Assembly: GCA_023128965.1 (NCBI GenBank)
Contig: JAGMCY010000150.1
Coordinates: forward strand, 1-39,444
DNA length: 39,444 nucleotides
Reading direction: 5' to 3'
From: Candidatus Aenigmatarchaeota archaeon
GTDB lineage: Archaea > Aenigmatarchaeota > Aenigmatarchaeia > QMZP01 > QMZT01
In this document: positions 37,684 through 39,444 of the stretch, piece by piece
How positions within the stretch are numbered: position 1 is the stretch's first letter
Layout: each line of letters starts with the position of its first letter
The notes under the pieces: model-generated
Told to the model about the DNA's origin: nothing
The model's input: only the letters and a program-made list of their open reading frames with translations
Database searches by the model: none
Program-made: the position numbers and the translations under genes

Positions 37684-38866
37684 CGCATAATTCGGTAAGA
37701 CCGTATTTGTCTGAGAATGTTCTGTTCACCCTAAACCAGCCCTGCAAACCTCTCACCGGATATCCAATATAGTCTTGATCCAAGAAATATATATAGGCTA
37801 CCGAAATTACATCTTCTTTTATAGGGAGCCCATAATTTTGTAATTCGGGGAGGTTCACGAAAGTCTCCATCCCATTAGAGGAAGAATTCAAATCGCCTTC
37901 CAGCCTTTTAAGGAAATTAGGCCCGTTACCGGGGAAATAATATTTGTTGTCTATCTCCTCACGTATGGGCAGATGCCACACCGATGTTGTGTCGCTGTCA
38001 ATATAAACCTCATCGTAGCCCGTATCCGATATTGCTTGACTTATATTCTCAACAGCACTGCTGTTCCCCGTTAAGTAACAATTTGAATTCCCGCTCAGGT
38101 CAATGGAATCCTCAATAACGAACCCCGAAAAACACCCGAAATTCACGCCTGTTGTGTTCCCAGCAACCAGTATTTTCGTGTCACATTCCGATTTGTTGAA
38201 CGTGACCTCACCTGAGCAGCTGCCAGAGGAGTTCGTCCCGCCAATCACGAGTTTCTTTGCCCTGTATGGATATTTCGAAATCTTTATGCTCCGCGTGACA
38301 ACACCATTCGTTTTCAATGTGAAGATGGGGTCTTCCGCCCCCTTCACGGGTATCATCGCTTCGTAATACATATCCTTCTTGTCAATTCTACCTATCCCCA
38401 ATTCATCAGCAACTGAAACGTTGAGGTTCGAGGACGCCTTTATTCGGAATGAATCGTAATTCGAAATCTCAAGGTTTGCGTAACTCAGGTTAACGTCAAA
38501 ATTCACTGGGACGTTCAATATTTTTTTTGTCCAGTTACCTAACGTATTGTTGAACATTAGCAGGCTTTCATTCCCCTCCATCGTTCCGTTCTCCATGAGT
38601 TCTTTTATGCCTGCGATTGCATCACTCATAGCATTCCCGCTCATCACAACGTAATCATCTCCTGCTATAAGCGCTCGTTTCCCTGACGTTACAATCGCTT
38701 TGCCGAAATCATTTTCAATGCTCTTTTCGACCTGGTGTATTTGGTCTGCAACGATGTTCTCATATATCCCGGTCTCCCCTCCCTGCGAGAAGACGTAATA
38801 AGAAATGAAAATAACGATAGGTATGGTTATGAATATCGCTATGATGGAATAGAACTGACCCCTCAT
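37673..38866 (-). CDS. Large class III signal-peptide (pilin-like) protein
   Basis: MRG/QFYSIIAIFITIPIVIF prepilin-type cleavage site and hydrophobic helix; many N-x-S/T sequons. Confidence 0.7.
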   Translation of the reverse strand: MRGQFYSIIAIFITIPIVIFISYYVFSQGGETGIYENIVADQIHQVEKSIENDFGKAIVTSGKRALIAGDDYVVMSGNAMSDAIAGIKELMENGTMEGNESLLMFNNTLGNWTKKILNVPVNFDVNLSYANLEISNYDSFRIKASSNLNVSVADELGIGRIDKKDMYYEAMIPVKGAEDPIFTLKTNGVVTRSIKISKYPYRAKKLVIGGTNSSGSCSGEVTFNKSECDTKILVAGNTTGVNFGCFSGFVIEDSIDLSGNSNCYLTGNSSAVENISQAISDTGYDEVYIDSDTTSVWHLPIREEIDNKYYFPGNGPNFLKRLEGDLNSSSNGMETFVNLPELQNYGLPIKEDVISVAYIYFLDQDYIGYPVRGLQGWFRVNRTFSDKYGLTELCDGC

Positions 38867-38936
38867 ATAAATAATATTAGGGGAGCTTAATTAAATTCAA
38901 AATTTAAATTAAAGTCAGGAATCCAAATATTTTATT

Positions 38937-39444
38937 ATGAAATACTCGAAACTGGTCGATCTCTATGAACACCTTGAGCAGACACCATCGAGGCTGAAGA
39001 AGACCGAAAAGATCGCAGAGTTCCTGAAAAACACCGAAACGTCCGTTTTGGAAAAGATCGTGTTATTCATGCAGGGAAGGATTTTCCCTTCACATTCTGA
39101 AAAGGAGATCGGTGTCGCTGATAAAATGATGGTGAAGGTTATCGCTTCCTCGACCGGATTCCCGGAAAGAGATGTTGTCAAACAATTCAAGGATACAGGG
39201 GACCTCGGCCTCGCCGTGGAAGAGTTAATGAAAAAGAAGAAGCAGACAACGTTGATTTCGAAAGAACTGGGAATAGAAAAGGTTTTCGAGAACCTACGAA
39301 AACTAGCGAGCGTTGAAGGAAAGGGATCCCAGGATGTTAAGATATCACTCATAAAAGAACTGATTTCGAACGCGAAACCCAGAGAGGCGAAGTACATAGT
39401 TCGCACGGTTCTTGAACAGCTGAGGATAGGAGTTGCTGAAGGGG
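38937..39444 (+). CDS. lig: ATP-dependent DNA ligase, 5' part; runs off the window
   Basis: Not in the ORF track; manual translation MKYSKLVDLYEHLEQTPSRLKKT...GRIFP...TGDLG...GKGSQDVK...EAKYIVRTVLEQLRIGVAEG matches the ligase DNA-binding domain. Confidence 0.92.
   Translation, partial: MKYSKLVDLYEHLEQTPSRLKKTEKIAEFLKNTETSVLEKIVLFMQGRIFPSHSEKEIGVADKMMVKVIASSTGFPERDVVKQFKDTGDLGLAVEELMKKKKQTTLISKELGIEKVFENLRKLASVEGKGSQDVKISLIKELISNAKPREAKYIVRTVLEQLRIGVAEG

Noticed and set aside
38963..39406. 147-aa minus-strand ORF
   Set aside because: Antisense to the partial DNA ligase gene
1..39444. CRISPR array, rRNA, IS element or defence island
   Set aside because: No repeat-spacer pattern, rRNA sequence, transposase or defence gene recognised; intergenic gaps are too small

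Overview
Gene-dense archaeal chromosomal window; small genes, compact spacing, dispersed pilus genes and gene content suggest a DPANN-type archaeon (inference only). It carries housekeeping genes (cca [partial], dnaG, M42 peptidase, radA, RPA, eS26, eS17, eL21, rpoF, pheS/pheT, glyS, minD, tatD, lig [partial]) and RNA ligation/repair genes (rtcB, archease, 2H phosphoesterase). Type IV pilus parts are scattered: 2 ATPases, 2 TadC-like proteins and 3 class III signal-peptide proteins. ppdK is interrupted by a 414-aa LAGLIDADG intein next to the catalytic His. Two RNA genes were found by eye. One is tRNA-Arg(CCT) with two non-canonical introns. The other is an SRP RNA (minus strand, 30993-31308) that lacks helix 6 and has a 34-nt insertion at the helix-8 GGAA tetraloop; the insertion is framed by a bulge-helix-bulge-like motif whose predicted cuts restore the canonical loop exactly, making it a candidate spliced SRP RNA and the top finding. 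Other oddities are a Pus10 lacking its catalytic Asp, a variant archease/RtcB pair and a CBS-HPF hibernation factor. All folds and motif calls were made by hand; no database searches were run.
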